The notes beneath the pieces were generated by a model. The model saw only the letters and a program-made list of their open reading frames with translations. It was not told the origin of the DNA and ran no database searches. Source: Dipteris shenzhenensis (lineage: Eukaryota). From it: 64,000 nt of DNA. Where the stretch lies: NCBI GenBank assembly GCA_047967505.1, contig CM106538.1. The stretch is one strand, 5' to 3'. Positions 23,957 to 35,765 of the stretch are shown one piece after another. The number at the start of each line of letters is the position of its first letter. Positions within the stretch are counted from its first letter, which is position 1. Position numbers and translations under genes: made by a program.

Positions 23957-26900
23957 TTACAAGCCTCTCAGCTCATAATCATCTGAGTGTGGACAAACAG
24001 CCACGGTGGGGGCGAGTAATGCCACTGAAGACTCTGAGCAGAGTGCTAGAAGAAAAGCTCTTGATGGTCCCAGTCGTGAAGGAAGCGCCGTCTCTTCTCC
24101 TTCCCTGCCCGGGAGTCCCCCTGAATCTGATCCCACTGACCCTTGAGCGTGTGAATGATCGTGCTCCAGATGTCTGCTAGGGTCTGGGTAGCAGAAGAAG
24201 CCTGATCTCCTAGGGTCTGCGCGCATCTGGAAGTCCAGATATGCCAGCCTACAATACTCCCTATGATCTCCCAAACTGGGTGCCGAGTCATCACTCCTGC
24301 ATCTGTCTCTGTCAGATGCCAGGGGAAGCTTTCCATGTATACCCAGGTGGCCTGTGTGATGAAGAAAATTGGATCCTGCCGAGAGAACTCGTAAGCCAAG
24401 TGGTGTCCCACCTCGGTGTTGCACCAGCAAACGGCTCCCCAAGTGACCGGTCCTAGCTCGGGTGCAGCCCTCGCTAAGATCCCCGTGACTCCCTTCCACA
24501 CTGTCTGAGCATGCAAACAGCTCCAAAGGCAGTGCTTCAGGGATTCCTTCTCCTGAAAACACATCTGGCAGTGCCCCTCCTGCCCCATCTGCCTCAGCCA
24601 TCTCCCCATTGGTAGCCCCTTATGGACCACCATCCAAAGAAAGTAAGAGATCTTCCTCGGCTGCCAGCTTGCCTAAAGAGTCTTCTAGAATGTACGAAGG
24701 AAGACCAGAGATATCCCTTGGGCATACCAGCTATGTGCCTGGGTAGGTAGCCTGCGCTAGAGAGCCCCAAGAGCACGCCTACCGGTGCACGCGCTATATG
24801 AGAAGAAGGGGGTAGGGTTCTCTGAGGTCTCTAGTGGTGGCCAGCGCCACTCCCCTAGGTCCCACTCCAACTCTGTCAAGGAGCGGCCCTCCCAAATCCA
24901 GAGTCTCCAGTCCTGGTCCTGCACAACCAGGGGGTCCATATGCCACGCTTTCCCTTGCAGCCCTATGATGCGAAGGCGCTGCCAGGGAAGCTGGGGGTCG
25001 ATCACAGCCTCTCTGCTCTGGAGACGGCTACCATCGACGACAGAGAAGAAACGAATGGAGGAGTCCGAGAAAAGGCCTGCAACCACCAAAGGAATGCTAC
25101 GGGGTGTGAACTGCCCTAGCCACCACTCATCTCCTGGGAGGAGCTGTCTGGTGATCCTGGGAATCCTCCAACCTGCAGGAATGGCAGCATCAATCTCTGC
25201 TCGCCGAGCTTGGATCCCACGTGCCGTACCTACTACTGTTGCCAGCTCATCTGGGCCCAACTAGCTATAGACGTCCCTCCAAACCTGGAGCGAGCGCGCA
25301 GGCCCACGCGCCCAGAGCGCCCAGGGGATATGGGATCTCTCTCCAAGCTGGCGACCTGTATCATCTGTCACTTGGTTGCTCCAAATCAGGGGATGTCTGT
25401 CTATCTCCTCTTCGCAGCCTGGGGGAACCTGGGAGAGGCTGTGCTGCAGCTTCCTCCAGACCGAGAAGAGGCTGTGGAGGAAGGGGGAGCGGGGCTGAGT
25501 CAGCAGGGTTGAAGTGAAAATCCACCGGATAGAAGGCTGCCAATCACCCCCTCTCTGGGGGATACACGCGCTGAGACCATGCTGAAGCAAGAGCTTCCAC
25601 GTCCGCCCTCCTGGGGTCAAGCCGTGGATGACTAACTTGCCAAGTAATGCCTGACTCTGAAGTTTTGGATCTATGATGCCAAGACCGCCCTCTGTCTGGG
25701 GGAGAATGACCGTCTGCCAGGCAACTCAGGCTCTGGTGGTGCTGGAACCGTCTGAGCCAGACCACAGAAAGTTCCGCACCAGTCTCCTCAGTTGGGCTAT
25801 GCATGATCTCGAAAAGCACCAACAAGATGCCACATACCAAGCGGTGGCTAGAAGGACCTGATTGACCACAAGGGCCCTGCTTGCCAGAGATAGCCGAGCC
25901 GTGCTCTAGAAGGCTAGCTTCCGTCGTATGGAAGCTAGGACCGGTAGGAACTGTTGAGCCGGTGTGGTATCCAGCCCTACCTGGAATCCAAGGTAACGTG
26001 TCATCTGTCCTCTAGGGATCCAGCGAAACCCCAGGAAAATACCCCACTGTGAGCTGGCTCTCGGATCCGTAAGAAAACCAACTGACTTATGCTAGTTGAT
26101 TTTCGCCCCAGCGGCTAGGCAGAAAACCTCTAGAGACAATCTCACTCGCTCCAGTGACTGAATATCATCCTGCACATACAGGGTCGTGTCGTCTGCTGCA
26201 TACTGGAGTCCAGAAGTTCTGCATCGTCCCTGATAGGGAGGCACATCCCTCGAAGACCAGTGGTACGGGCTCGTAGAAAGTGAGTCATGGCCTCCGCAAA
26301 AAAGAGGAAGAGGTAGGGCGCAAGCGGGCAGCCCTGACGTACCGAGCGCTCGAGGGTGAATCTCTCCCCCATCCTGCCACTGATGATAACCCGGCTGGAG
26401 GCCGATCTGTAGAGGCTAGCAATACCTTTAATCCACTCGTCCGAGAAACCAAACCGAGAAAGTGTGCCCTCCAAGAAGGACCAGTCTACCCTGTCATACG
26501 CCTTCTCAAAGTCAAGAAGGAGTATGGCTAGGTGCTGGCCACTATGCTGGGCCCACTCCGTCGCCTCTGAGAACGTGAAGATGTTGTCCAAAATGCTGCG
26601 ATCCTGGACAAAACCAGTCTGGGTGTCGTGGATCAAGTCATGTAGCAGGGGTCGGATGCGGCTACTGATCATCTTGGCGAGGATTTTATAGGTAGTCGGA
26701 AGGAGGGTGATAGGGCGCCATTGTCTGATCTCTTGACGGTCCCCCCCTTTGGGGATGAGGCAAATCAAGTCTATCGCAAGGCTCTCTGGCATCTATCCAC
26801 TGGAAAAGATATGCTAGAAGGCTGCGAGCAGGGGCTGGTGGATCTGCTCCCAAAAGGTGGTGAAGAAAGCTCTGGAGAGCCCATCCTCACCTGGGCATTT

Positions 26901-28351
26901 CTGCCCATCAATATCGCTCACAGCATCCTGCATCTCTGACACGGTGAACGGGGCGAGAAGGGCCCCACTCATGCTAGGCTGCACGAGCGTCGGCGTATAC
27001 CTCCACACCTCCTTCCTGCAACGGCGGGCACGAGGGTCTGGGGGCTCCTGCTGGAATAGGGATCTATAGAAATCTGTCGCCAAGTCCCTGACCTCGTCTG
27101 GATCTGTCCTGACACTACCATCCCCTGCACCCTAAGAGATCGGAGCTGTTCCCCTGCTGACCTCTGGCCATGAGTCCTGAAGAACTCTCTGCACATCTTG
27201 TCGCCTTTCCTAGCCCAAAAGGACTTGGAAGCGTGGAACGAGAACTCTAAGCGTCTCTAGGTGATCTCCTCTAACATGGCTCGGGCTCTAATCTCCTGTC
27301 GTCTGAGCTCCTCGAAGCCTGGGGAAGACTGATGCATCCGCTGTATCGAGGCAAGGTCTCTGAGGCCCCTCTCCTTCGCCCACCACTGCTGCCTGACCAG
27401 AGTCGCCTCCTGCTGACATATGAGGCTAGACTCGACGAGAACCTGAGCTACGTGAGCTGCCATATCCCCCAAGGGGTCCGAATCCTGCTCCCACAGGTCC
27501 ACTATCCTACTGCAAACCGCTGCTCTAGAGTAGATGGAGTCTGGGATCCGGCATGAGCAGGGAGGTAAGGAATGAGAGGTTGAGTCCAGGACTAGGATGA
27601 CTGGGGCATGGTCAGAGAGGGTCGTCCTTGGAACCACCCCTGACTCTCCACCTCTGCCTATTGCCCAATCGCTGACATAGAAACGGTCCAACCGCTCCAA
27701 AAGTCTGCCTCCCTGCCTCCTGTAACCCCAAGAGAAGTCCAAGCTCCCTGTCCATCTGCAAAAGGAAGGCTCTCTCGAACTGTCCCGACCTCCCACAACG
27801 AACAAGAAAGAGTCCCATTCCGCCTGCTCCACCTGAGCTATACCGAGGAACTCTGGGTCCCGTCCCTGCTGATCCTCTAGAGCCTCAAGGTTATTGAAAT
27901 CCCCTCCTACAATCCAAGAATCCATCTCTGGCAATAAGTCTGTCAGAAAGCTCCAGAAAGTGGCTCTCTGTCTAAGGTCGGTCGGGGCATAGATATTGAG
28001 GATGCCGATGCGGGATCCCTCAATATTCAAGCCCACCCAAAGCGCTTGTCCTGGAATCAAGGTGCCAAAACCACACACATGCTGAACTAGAGAAGCGTCG
28101 ATCGAGGTACAGACACCTCTGCTCCCCTGCTCGCCAATCGAAGGTTCCTAGTAGGTGTGGGAGCGCCCTGTGAGGACCTTCCCACACTTACTGGCCTGAG
28201 AAGCCGAAAGCTTGTGTTCCTGTAATAGGAGCACATCTACCCTTCCCACCAAAGCTAGCTGGAGCTCCTGTTTGAGCACCATCTTCTTGGGACCGCAGGT
28301 TCCTGATGAGTGGAACTTGTTGACGTTCCAAGAGATAATGCGTATACTCAT
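23957..28351 (-). pseudogene. L1 ORF2 (APE endonuclease, RT, zf-RVT), disrupted
   Basis: IISWNV, LLLQEHKL, GGDFNN, RLDRFY, LSDHAPV, WRPITLL, DFEKAYDRV, RQGCPLAPYLF, YAADDT (altered YADD) and CQMC...ESLKHCLWSC. Confidence 0.92.
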
Positions 28352-28359
28352 GAAGAGGA

Positions 28360-30593
28360 GAGGTGGGCCACAAACAGCTGTTTGCTTGCGGTCGATGCCG
28401 AGGTGGTCGGAGGATGTCCGGTGTGCAGACGAAGGCGCTTCTGTGAAGGTTTCGAAGGTGAGGCTGGATCATCGGACCCATCCTCTAAAACCTTCAGCAG
28501 AGGGGAAAGGCCCTTCGTCCCATGGTGGTAAGCTCTCTCTAACCAACTCGAAGCCTCCGTCAGGGAAATACTGTAGAAGCCCGCTACCTCTGAGGTCCTC
28601 CAAGGGTGGAGCCCTTCCGCGTAGATCCACTCCAGAGGCGGTCAAATGATGATCAAAAGGCGGAACCGTTTGGCGCTGTGGCGCCATCTCAGACGAATGT
28701 CACCCTCCTTCCACTGCTACTGAAGAAGCTCAGCTACTCTGCTACCAATCCAATCCTGTATCTGCTCCTGGGACTGATCACCAATCGTCTCCCAAACATT
28801 TTCATTCGTCCATTGCTCATTCCCGTCACTAGTGATAGTGAAGGAATAGCTAGGACCATCATGGGGGGCGAGGACGGACACCTTACCCTCCGCCCCCTTT
28901 CGGAGGAAGAAGATGCTGATGTCTAGGCATGCAGGGAAGGAGCCAATACCAGCTGCATCCAAGTGATCCCAAGGTCCTGCTCGGTAGAACTCCAAAGGTA
29001 GAGCTCTAGGAGCTGCCCTTGGGTGGGGGGATGAAGATGAGGAGTCAGAACCAGAAAGCGGGGTGCTGGTCGTCGGAAGAACTGGGGTGGTGCTGGCCGT
29101 CTGCAGGGAAAGGCCTCGCCCCTCCACCGGGCCAGGGGGGTAGGCGCGGCGGAGGTCTGTGCTAGCTTCGAGGCCGCAGAAGGAGGGGGGGTCCCCGGAG
29201 CAAAGGTGCCGGGGGGGTCCCGGAGGGGGGGGAGGTAGGGGAACCGAGGAGAAGGGGGGAGGAGGAGGGGGGGGGTGGGGTGAAGGATGAGGAGGAGGCT
29301 GGCTGACCTTCTCCTTCCCTTTCTCCTTCCCCTTATTGGGCTGCTGCTGACTGGTGACCTCAGGGGTCTCCTGCTGGAGAGGGGGCTTTTTGGTTATTGT
29401 TTTGTTTCCTTTCCATTTCCTTTTGACCTCAGTCTAGCCTTCCCCTTCTGGAGGGGTTGTCGATGCCTGGCGGGGGGGATCCCGAATTGCCTGGCTGGGG
29501 GCCATCGGAGGTTCTGTCCTCGTGAAGCGAGGGCAAGAGCGCGCTTGGTGCCCGAAGCCGTGGCATCTCAGACACTGATTTGGGCGACCAGTGACCATAA
29601 TGCACTGCGTCACCACACCTGTGTCCGTCTCAATCTCGAATTCCGAGGGGATACTCTACGGATCTAGGACTGCCACTTTGACGCGTGGCACCTCTTGGGT
29701 TGCCGCCGCATCAACGAAGGTGTCCTGCATGAGCCAACCAAAGTGCGCCCCCAAGTCCTTGATGATTGGGCGAAGCTCTGTTGCGAGGCCTGGGAAGATG
29801 AGGGTAACTGGATGGCGGGGGATACGGAAGCGGGCATCGAAGTCCGCTACACTGAAACCCCTATACCGTGGGACCATAAGGATGATCTTCCCACCCATAG
29901 AGGTAGGGGACCGTCTGACCATATCGCTCGCAGCCTGCGCCGAGGAGAGCTTGAGCCAGAAGATACCATGTCCCATGAGTGCGACCTCCTCAATGTGGCT
30001 GTCCTCAAGGTATAGGGTGGAGTGCAGCCAGTCCCTGATGTCTGCTCGTGAAGGGGCGTAGCCAATGACTCTTCCATAAACGGAAGTCTGGGAAAAGTCA
30101 TTGGCAGCCTGCTTCACCAAGGAGACCTGATGCTCTGTCAGTGTTATGCGGTAGGGGGAAGGAAAGAAGGAGGGATGGAGACGCAAGAGGAAGCGGGGGA
30201 AGGAGAGACAGCAGCGGGGAAAGATAATGGCGAGGGAGGGGAAGGAAAGGAGGAGGGAGGGGGTGGCAGCGCGGCGCGAAGGCGGGGAAGGGGAAGGAGG
30301 AGAGGCGGGGGTGTGGCAGCGCGGCGTGAGGCGGAGGCGGGGAAGGAAGGAGGAGAGGAAGGAGGGGAGGGGGGGGGGGGTTGGCAGCGCGGCGCAGAGG
30401 TGGGGAAGGGGGAGGAAGAGGAAGGGGGGTGGGGGTGTGGCAGCGCAGCGCGAGGAGGAGGCGGAGAAGGAAGGAGGGGTGGAGGGAGGGTGGCGCGGCA
30501 GCAGCAGAGAGGCGGAGGAGGGGGAGGAAGGTAAGGGGGGAGGGGGCCGCGTGGCGCGAGGGAGGTAGACGGAGCGGGGGGGGCTGGGAGCAT
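28360..30593 (-). pseudogene. L1 ORF1 (Pro-rich N-terminus, DUF4283-like region, CCHC knuckle), disrupted
   Basis: VYGRVIG...WL...MGHGIFWLKL and CLRCHGFGHQARSC. Probable start at MLPAPP (30593), with a frameshift in the poly-C tracts. Confidence 0.75.
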
Positions 30594-31895
30594 TCGCAGG
30601 AGCTTGGTGACTCGCTTTACAAATGCTTGGATCAGAGGCGTTTCCTCTTTGTCTTTCATGATGTACTATGATAGACCTGTTTTGCACTTGCTCCAATTCA
30701 TTCATGTATTAGTTGATATGCTATTCATGCTTTCCTATACTCAAAATAGACTCGTGACAAGAATATGCTGAATACACATACTTTGGAATCCCAGCTTGTT
30801 ATCTCATTTCCTGTGCATTTATTTTCAAATATATCATATTATTTCCTCCTTGTTCCAATTCCTGTGTTGGTGCAGCTTCCCTGTGGGCCATGTCTGTGGA
30901 GGGATGCCAATTCCACGATACTTTCCTTTGTACAATACCACCAGTTGCTTCTTTCATCTATCAGATCTCGCATATGGACTTTTGTTTTGTAAAGAATAAT
31001 CTCTTTAGAAGTTTTTGAAATCGTACATTAGAAATGCATTCTTTCCTTTGCTTGTGCCATTTTCATTGCTTTGGAAACCTGCTTAATTCATCTTCTCATA
31101 TATCCGTGCTAACTGCTCCACATTCCAGAAGTATCCTCAACTCCCCCTATCTTTTCCACAAAGTTCCTTTGGTACCATTTCTAATGCTTTCTTCAAGTCT
31201 ACAAGATAGCACACACGTGCCCACACAAACACGCACATGCATGATGGAGGGTACTAATAAAATATTCGCCCAAATTTCATTCGGACCAGCGCCTTTCCGA
31301 ACAAATCTTCATCTTTGTTTTAATTAGACTGAAATTAAACAAATCTCTACTAGCATCTCCAAAACTATCTAGAAGAGCCTGAAACTTCTTAATGTGGTTC
31401 ACCCTATTCTGTAATAGAGCGTAGCATCAGTGTGTGTATATGCGTCAGTGTGCCCGTGCACACACTTTTTTAATTTTGGAGGTGAAATCCATTTGTTCTT
31501 ATATTACAAAGAACAGTCCCACAAAAAAGGACAGCCGTGCGCGCGCGCGCGCACACACACACACCATGGAAGTAGCTACAAAGTATGTAACTCTTTCAAT
31601 ATGGGAAGGAGACTGCCTCTAGAAGAAAGAAATGTAAAAATGTACAATTTATTTGGAAGAACTCTCTGAAACCCCCTCGTGCAGATTAAGATTTCAGTCC
31701 GAAAGGGGTTGAGTCAGTCAGAGTAGAGACTGTACTTATTCGTAGTTACTGCTCTTTATTTCTAATCTGGAATTTGGATGCAAAAAAACTCAAAAGGTTG
31801 CTGCACTTTACACCTGAAAGCTATGCCCTTTATCTGTCTGGGCTTTGGATGCAAAAGATAGTAAGTACAGTGTTTCCATATTGTTGAAATTGCAG

Positions 31896-31966
31896 GTTTC
31901 TCTCTATGCGGTTTCGGACTAGGTGAAAGTGCCGAAGAACGTGGGGCACTGCTTGAAGCTGTCATA
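31896..31966 (+). CDS. QTRT2: QTRT2 exon (GFSLCGFGLGESAEERGALLEAVI)
   Basis: ttgcAG...GTattt. GFGLGES is the plant QTRT2 counterpart of the TGT AIGGLSGGE motif. Confidence 0.92.
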
Positions 31967-32107
31967 GTATTTGTTCTGATTTTCCCCCTATTTCTACTTT
32001 GCATTTTGTTGTTGAAAACCACAGAACTGCTAATAAATGCACAACTTGCAATGTGATGGCGACCCCTTTCTGAAGTACAAGTTGATGACTAATCATGTTT
32101 GTTCTAG

Positions 32108-32159
32108 GTCAGTTTACCAGATGAGAAGCTGCGTCATGTGAGTGGACTTGGCATGCCAG
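32108..32159 (+). CDS. QTRT2: QTRT2 exon (VSLPDEKLRHVSGLGMP)
   Basis: ttctAG...GTtata. Homologous to TGT LP.DKPRYLMGVG.P. Confidence 0.92.
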
Positions 32160-32407
32160 GTTATAGGGCTATGCACATATTTATGCTAGTGAAAATTCAT
32201 CAGAGCTTTTAGACAGTATATTCTAGCTTAAATTTTGGTATCTGAAGGCATATATTGTCTGTGGCGCATGTGTATTAATGTGTATGCATGCATGTTGTGT
32301 AAATACATACATACATACAGACGCACATACATATATGTGTGTGTGTGTGTGTTCCCTTTTCTCTTTGGGGGCTGCCTAAATGGTGGTTTCTTTGACCTTC
32401 ATGGCAG

Positions 32408-32456
32408 AGGAGGTCCTGCAGGCAGTATCAGCAGGAATCGACCTTTTTGATAGTAC
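32408..32456 (+). CDS. QTRT2: QTRT2 exon (EEVLQAVSAGIDLFDST)
   Basis: ggcAG...GTatcc. GIDLFDS is QTRT2-like; the catalytic subunit has G.DMFDCV. Confidence 0.92.
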
Positions 32457-32546
32457 GTATCCTTCTGTGTGTTTGATATGCAAGTGATGCTTCTAATTTT
32501 GTGTTTTGTAAATATAAATCCACATTTCTCCTTTACTCAATAGCAG

Positions 32547-32693
32547 ATATCCTCATGTTCTTACCATGGGGGGTCTTGCCATGGTATTCCCCTTCAGCAT
32601 GGAAGAAGACATAGGAAGTAATGCCATTTTAACTGATGATACTGATATTGGATCAGACTTTACCAAGATAAATTTGCGTGCCGTAATCTACAG
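32547..32693 (+). CDS. QTRT2: QTRT2 exon (YPHVLTMGGLAMVFPF...DFTKINLRAVIYR)
   Basis: tagcAG...GTgcag, 147 nt, phase-consistent. Confidence 0.92.
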
Positions 32694-33119
32694 GTGCAGT
32701 TTCTTTTGTTGAATGCCATCTTTTTCATTTGTTTCGTGCAAATCTGACAGGTACTATCTATTTAATTTTAATCAATTCAGCAAATATATTGAGTTCTAGC
32801 TATTTGGAAAGCAGGAGGGAGATAGCTGAGGTTTTTCCTTCCTAGAATGCTTGTCTTGATTGGGTTTTAAATCCTACTAGTGGTTGTAGTTGGTTCCCCC
32901 TTATACATTTTAAATTATCCCTCCTATGAATTGCTGTTCCTTAATGAGAATGCAGTGACAGAAATTGTGAAGCTACATAGGATTAGTAGCATGAGATAGC
33001 TGGGTAAATTGATAGTGCCATGCTCGGAATTAACACTTCACCGGAGAGCTGAGTGATTAGGATGGTGACCTTTGCATGCAAACTCCACTTACTGACTTGG
33101 CAATTTTCATTTTTGGCAG

Positions 33120-33239
33120 ATCTGACTCAACACCCATACTTCAGAAGTGTCAATGCTACACATGTATGAACCACACAAAAGCTTATTTGAATCATTTACT
33201 TAATACGCATGAAATGCTGGCCCAAACACTCTTGGATAT
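33120..33239 (+). CDS. QTRT2: QTRT2 exon with zinc-binding cysteines (SDSTPILQKCQCYTCMNHTKAYLNHLLNTHEMLAQTLLDI)
   Basis: ggcAG...GTaagt. Encodes the three cysteines of the TGT-family C-x-C-x2-C-x25-H motif. Confidence 0.93.
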
Positions 33240-33269
33240 GTAAGTATGTATGACTTTCTTTTTGTGTGC

Positions 33270-33295
33270 ACATGCGTGCGCGTGTGTGTGTGTGT

Positions 33296-33338
<43 letters not shown>
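33270..33338. repeat. (GT)n(GA)n compound microsatellite
   Basis: Directly visible. Confidence 0.9.
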
Positions 33339-33340
<2 letters not shown>

Positions 33341-33399
33341 TATTAAAAGTCTTTGGAAGACCAAAGGGTGTATGAGACTAAAAGAAACTTGATACAATG

Positions 33400-34080
33400 A
33401 TGCAGCCACTAAGTGGGCATCAACACCCATGATGAATATAGAAAGAAGAGTCCGTAATCATGATCATAATGGTGCCAATACATAGAGAAAAACTCTCTAG
33501 CTCAGAGGATGGGAGCTGGCGGGGCGTCAAATTGGTGTTCCGTACACTTCTATACAGATGTACGGAATCCGTACAGTAGGACAATTTCACATGTGTGAAC
33601 CTGATGCAACCAAAAAACGGACAGATATGATCCAAAATGCGTCTCCCTTCGCAAGTAGCTGCTCCAAAATGTGGTCTTCTTGCATCAAAATTAGAGTTTT
33701 CGAGACAGAAGTGCTTGGAGAGGCCTCAAATGCTCACGGGTGTGAAGAAAGCGAGCAAATCATCAGAAAAGAGAGGCCCATGGGCTGCCAAACAGCTTTG
33801 AACAAGCTACCAATGGCTGTAGGAATGAATCCTCGACCTGCTCTAATACCACTGTAGGCTATGGCAAGCAATGGAAGCTTGAAATGGAGAAGAGAAGACA
33901 AAAAACGAGATGCTCAAGAGAGAGCCAATATAACAAAACCCTAGCACTAAGTGTCCTAACTATCCTAAGTGGTACATATTTTAACTGTACCAACTGACCT
34001 AATTGACTGTAACTAGGCCTACAAGGCACATACCAAGGAACGAGTGGCACCTATGGATAGTCCATAGAATGGCCTATACA
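33400..34080 (-). mobile_element. Copia-like LTR (33853-34080), PBS and leader fragment
   Basis: TGTATAGGCC...ATAGCCTACA followed by TGGTATTAGAGC. Same family as 36193-37560. Confidence 0.8.
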
Positions 34081-34084
34081 AAGT

Positions 34085-35640
34085 AGTGGAGATAAGGTGA
34101 GCTTTTGGAATAACTTCATCAATATTTAGGAGTTGCTCCTTGAGATCCTAAATTTTGGTCAGGTTTGACATCGAGTCTCTTTCATGCATCCTTAGTGAAT
34201 CAAGTTCTTGTTTTAGAAATGAGACCCTTGCCTCATTACGGGCTTAATACATTGCTTTCAATGTATGCCATGCATTTTTAGAAGTCCCACAAGTCCTCAT
34301 ATGGGGTAGAATGAAAGAGCAATCAAAGACAAGGTTGTGCACCTCGGGATCCCATTGTGTAACATGTAGAGGACTTCTACCGTAGTAAACAACCTTAGAC
34401 TGACTGTAGAGAGAAAGAGATCCGAGATTTGACACAAGACATGCAAATATGATGCAATGGAATTTGCAATTACTAAAATGAATGCGATGAACGATTACAA
34501 TATGATGCAATGTGCAATTACTAAAATGGATGCGATGGCTGATTACAATTATGAGCCCTAATGGGTCGGGGCTTTGAATAGCTCCTGAGGCAATGCTGAG
34601 CCTCACTAGATGCTGATGTAGAGGCTGTAGTAAATGATGATGCAGTAGCCGGATTGTGGAAGGCTTGCTAATGCTGAAGTGGCGCCTTCCCAATGCTGCT
34701 CCTAATCGCTGCATGCTGGAGTGCTACTGACTGAAGTATGCTGAACTGCTGCGTAATGCTGGAGTAAAGGCTAGGACTGCTTGCTGGAAATGGAGGCCAG
34801 GCTCCCGCATTGACTGTTGGAACGAGTGCCCCACAATGGAGGGCTAAGGACTTAAATAGGGCCCAAATCTGGCCGACGGGGGTAGTAGGTTGACTAACCA
34901 ACTTTGGGTCAGCCAACCAGTCGGCCTGACAGGCTGCCCTGCAACGCTCTTGACAATGATGCACATTTTTGTGCCTTTGATGGCCCTGAATCCATGCCCA
35001 AAATCATGCCTTAAATGTTCCAAAATATGTCGCAACTTGCTGACTGTGCAGCCTGGTGTCACTGCCACTGTGCATATGGCATTGGTGCACGTGACACATC
35101 ATCTATGATATGGTGTTGGTTGAGCGGTTGCCTAGCCTTGGGCTTACTGCCCACCATAGCCATCACCTCAACCAGCTCCTTATTGCGGGGAGTGCCAGGA
35201 GCTATAGCTCGCTCCAAGACAGGCTTTATAAACTATCATGAAATCTCTTGAAACCAAAAGATTCTTAATCGTGAAGCTCCAAAGAAAATAGTTGCTGCCA
35301 TCCAACTTATCCTCTTGAACAAGGACTCCCAACACATCATTGGGATTTTGAGGCATCTCAGATAAGTGCACAAATATACGATCTTTGAAAAGGTCACTTG
35401 TGGGAAATAAACTGCACCAACGAAATTCAAATGCTCTACAAGCCAATACTTGGCCAAAGTCTACACAATCTGGCTGAACCTGACATGTACTTGCATGTAA
35501 AAATCCCCTTGGCACGAGGGCCAACAAATGCAAGCATTGGAGACAAAAAAGACCAAATTTCTGGGGACAAAAGATACTCCAAAATGAGGAAAAGCTGAGC
35601 AAGAAAGTTGCAGCCTGTAAAATCCGAAAAATAGTACTAG
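34085..35640 (-). mobile_element. Ty1/Copia gag remnant with an internal LTR-like insert (~34360-35170)
   Basis: EDKLDGSNYFLWSFTIKNLL (~35250-35320), and TSKNAWHTLKAMY*ARNEARVSFLKQELDSLRM (UBN2-type gag). Confidence 0.7.
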
Positions 35641-35765
35641 CCATCCTTAAAACAGCTCCAAAACAGGTCGAAATTGTCTATGACAGCAACATATGTGACT
35701 TCTATATTAGGGTTTGGTTCAAAGCAGGAGTCAGACTGTTTGAAACCATAAAAGACAGATCCAAA

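Larger units (their letters stand above)
23831..30654 (-). mobile_element. Full-length (~6.8 kb) L1-clade LINE, inactivated by stops
   Basis: ORF1 and ORF2 are present, with a poly(A) tail (T-run ending at 23838). TSD TTCATGATATACT (23818-23830) and TTCATGATGTACT (30655-30667). Confidence 0.9.
6266..31895 (+). other. QTRT2: Giant GT-AG intron of QTRT2 (25,630 bp) filled with nested transposons
   Basis: The flanking exons join in frame (DVA-G-FSLCGFGLGE), with no apparent missing protein segment. Confidence 0.8.

Noticed and set aside
29656-30705. 349-aa ORF start at 30705 and the overlapping Gly/Arg/Pro-rich ORFs
   Set aside because: The start lies outside the L1 TSD, and the plus-strand ORFs are low-complexity shadows of L1 ORF1.
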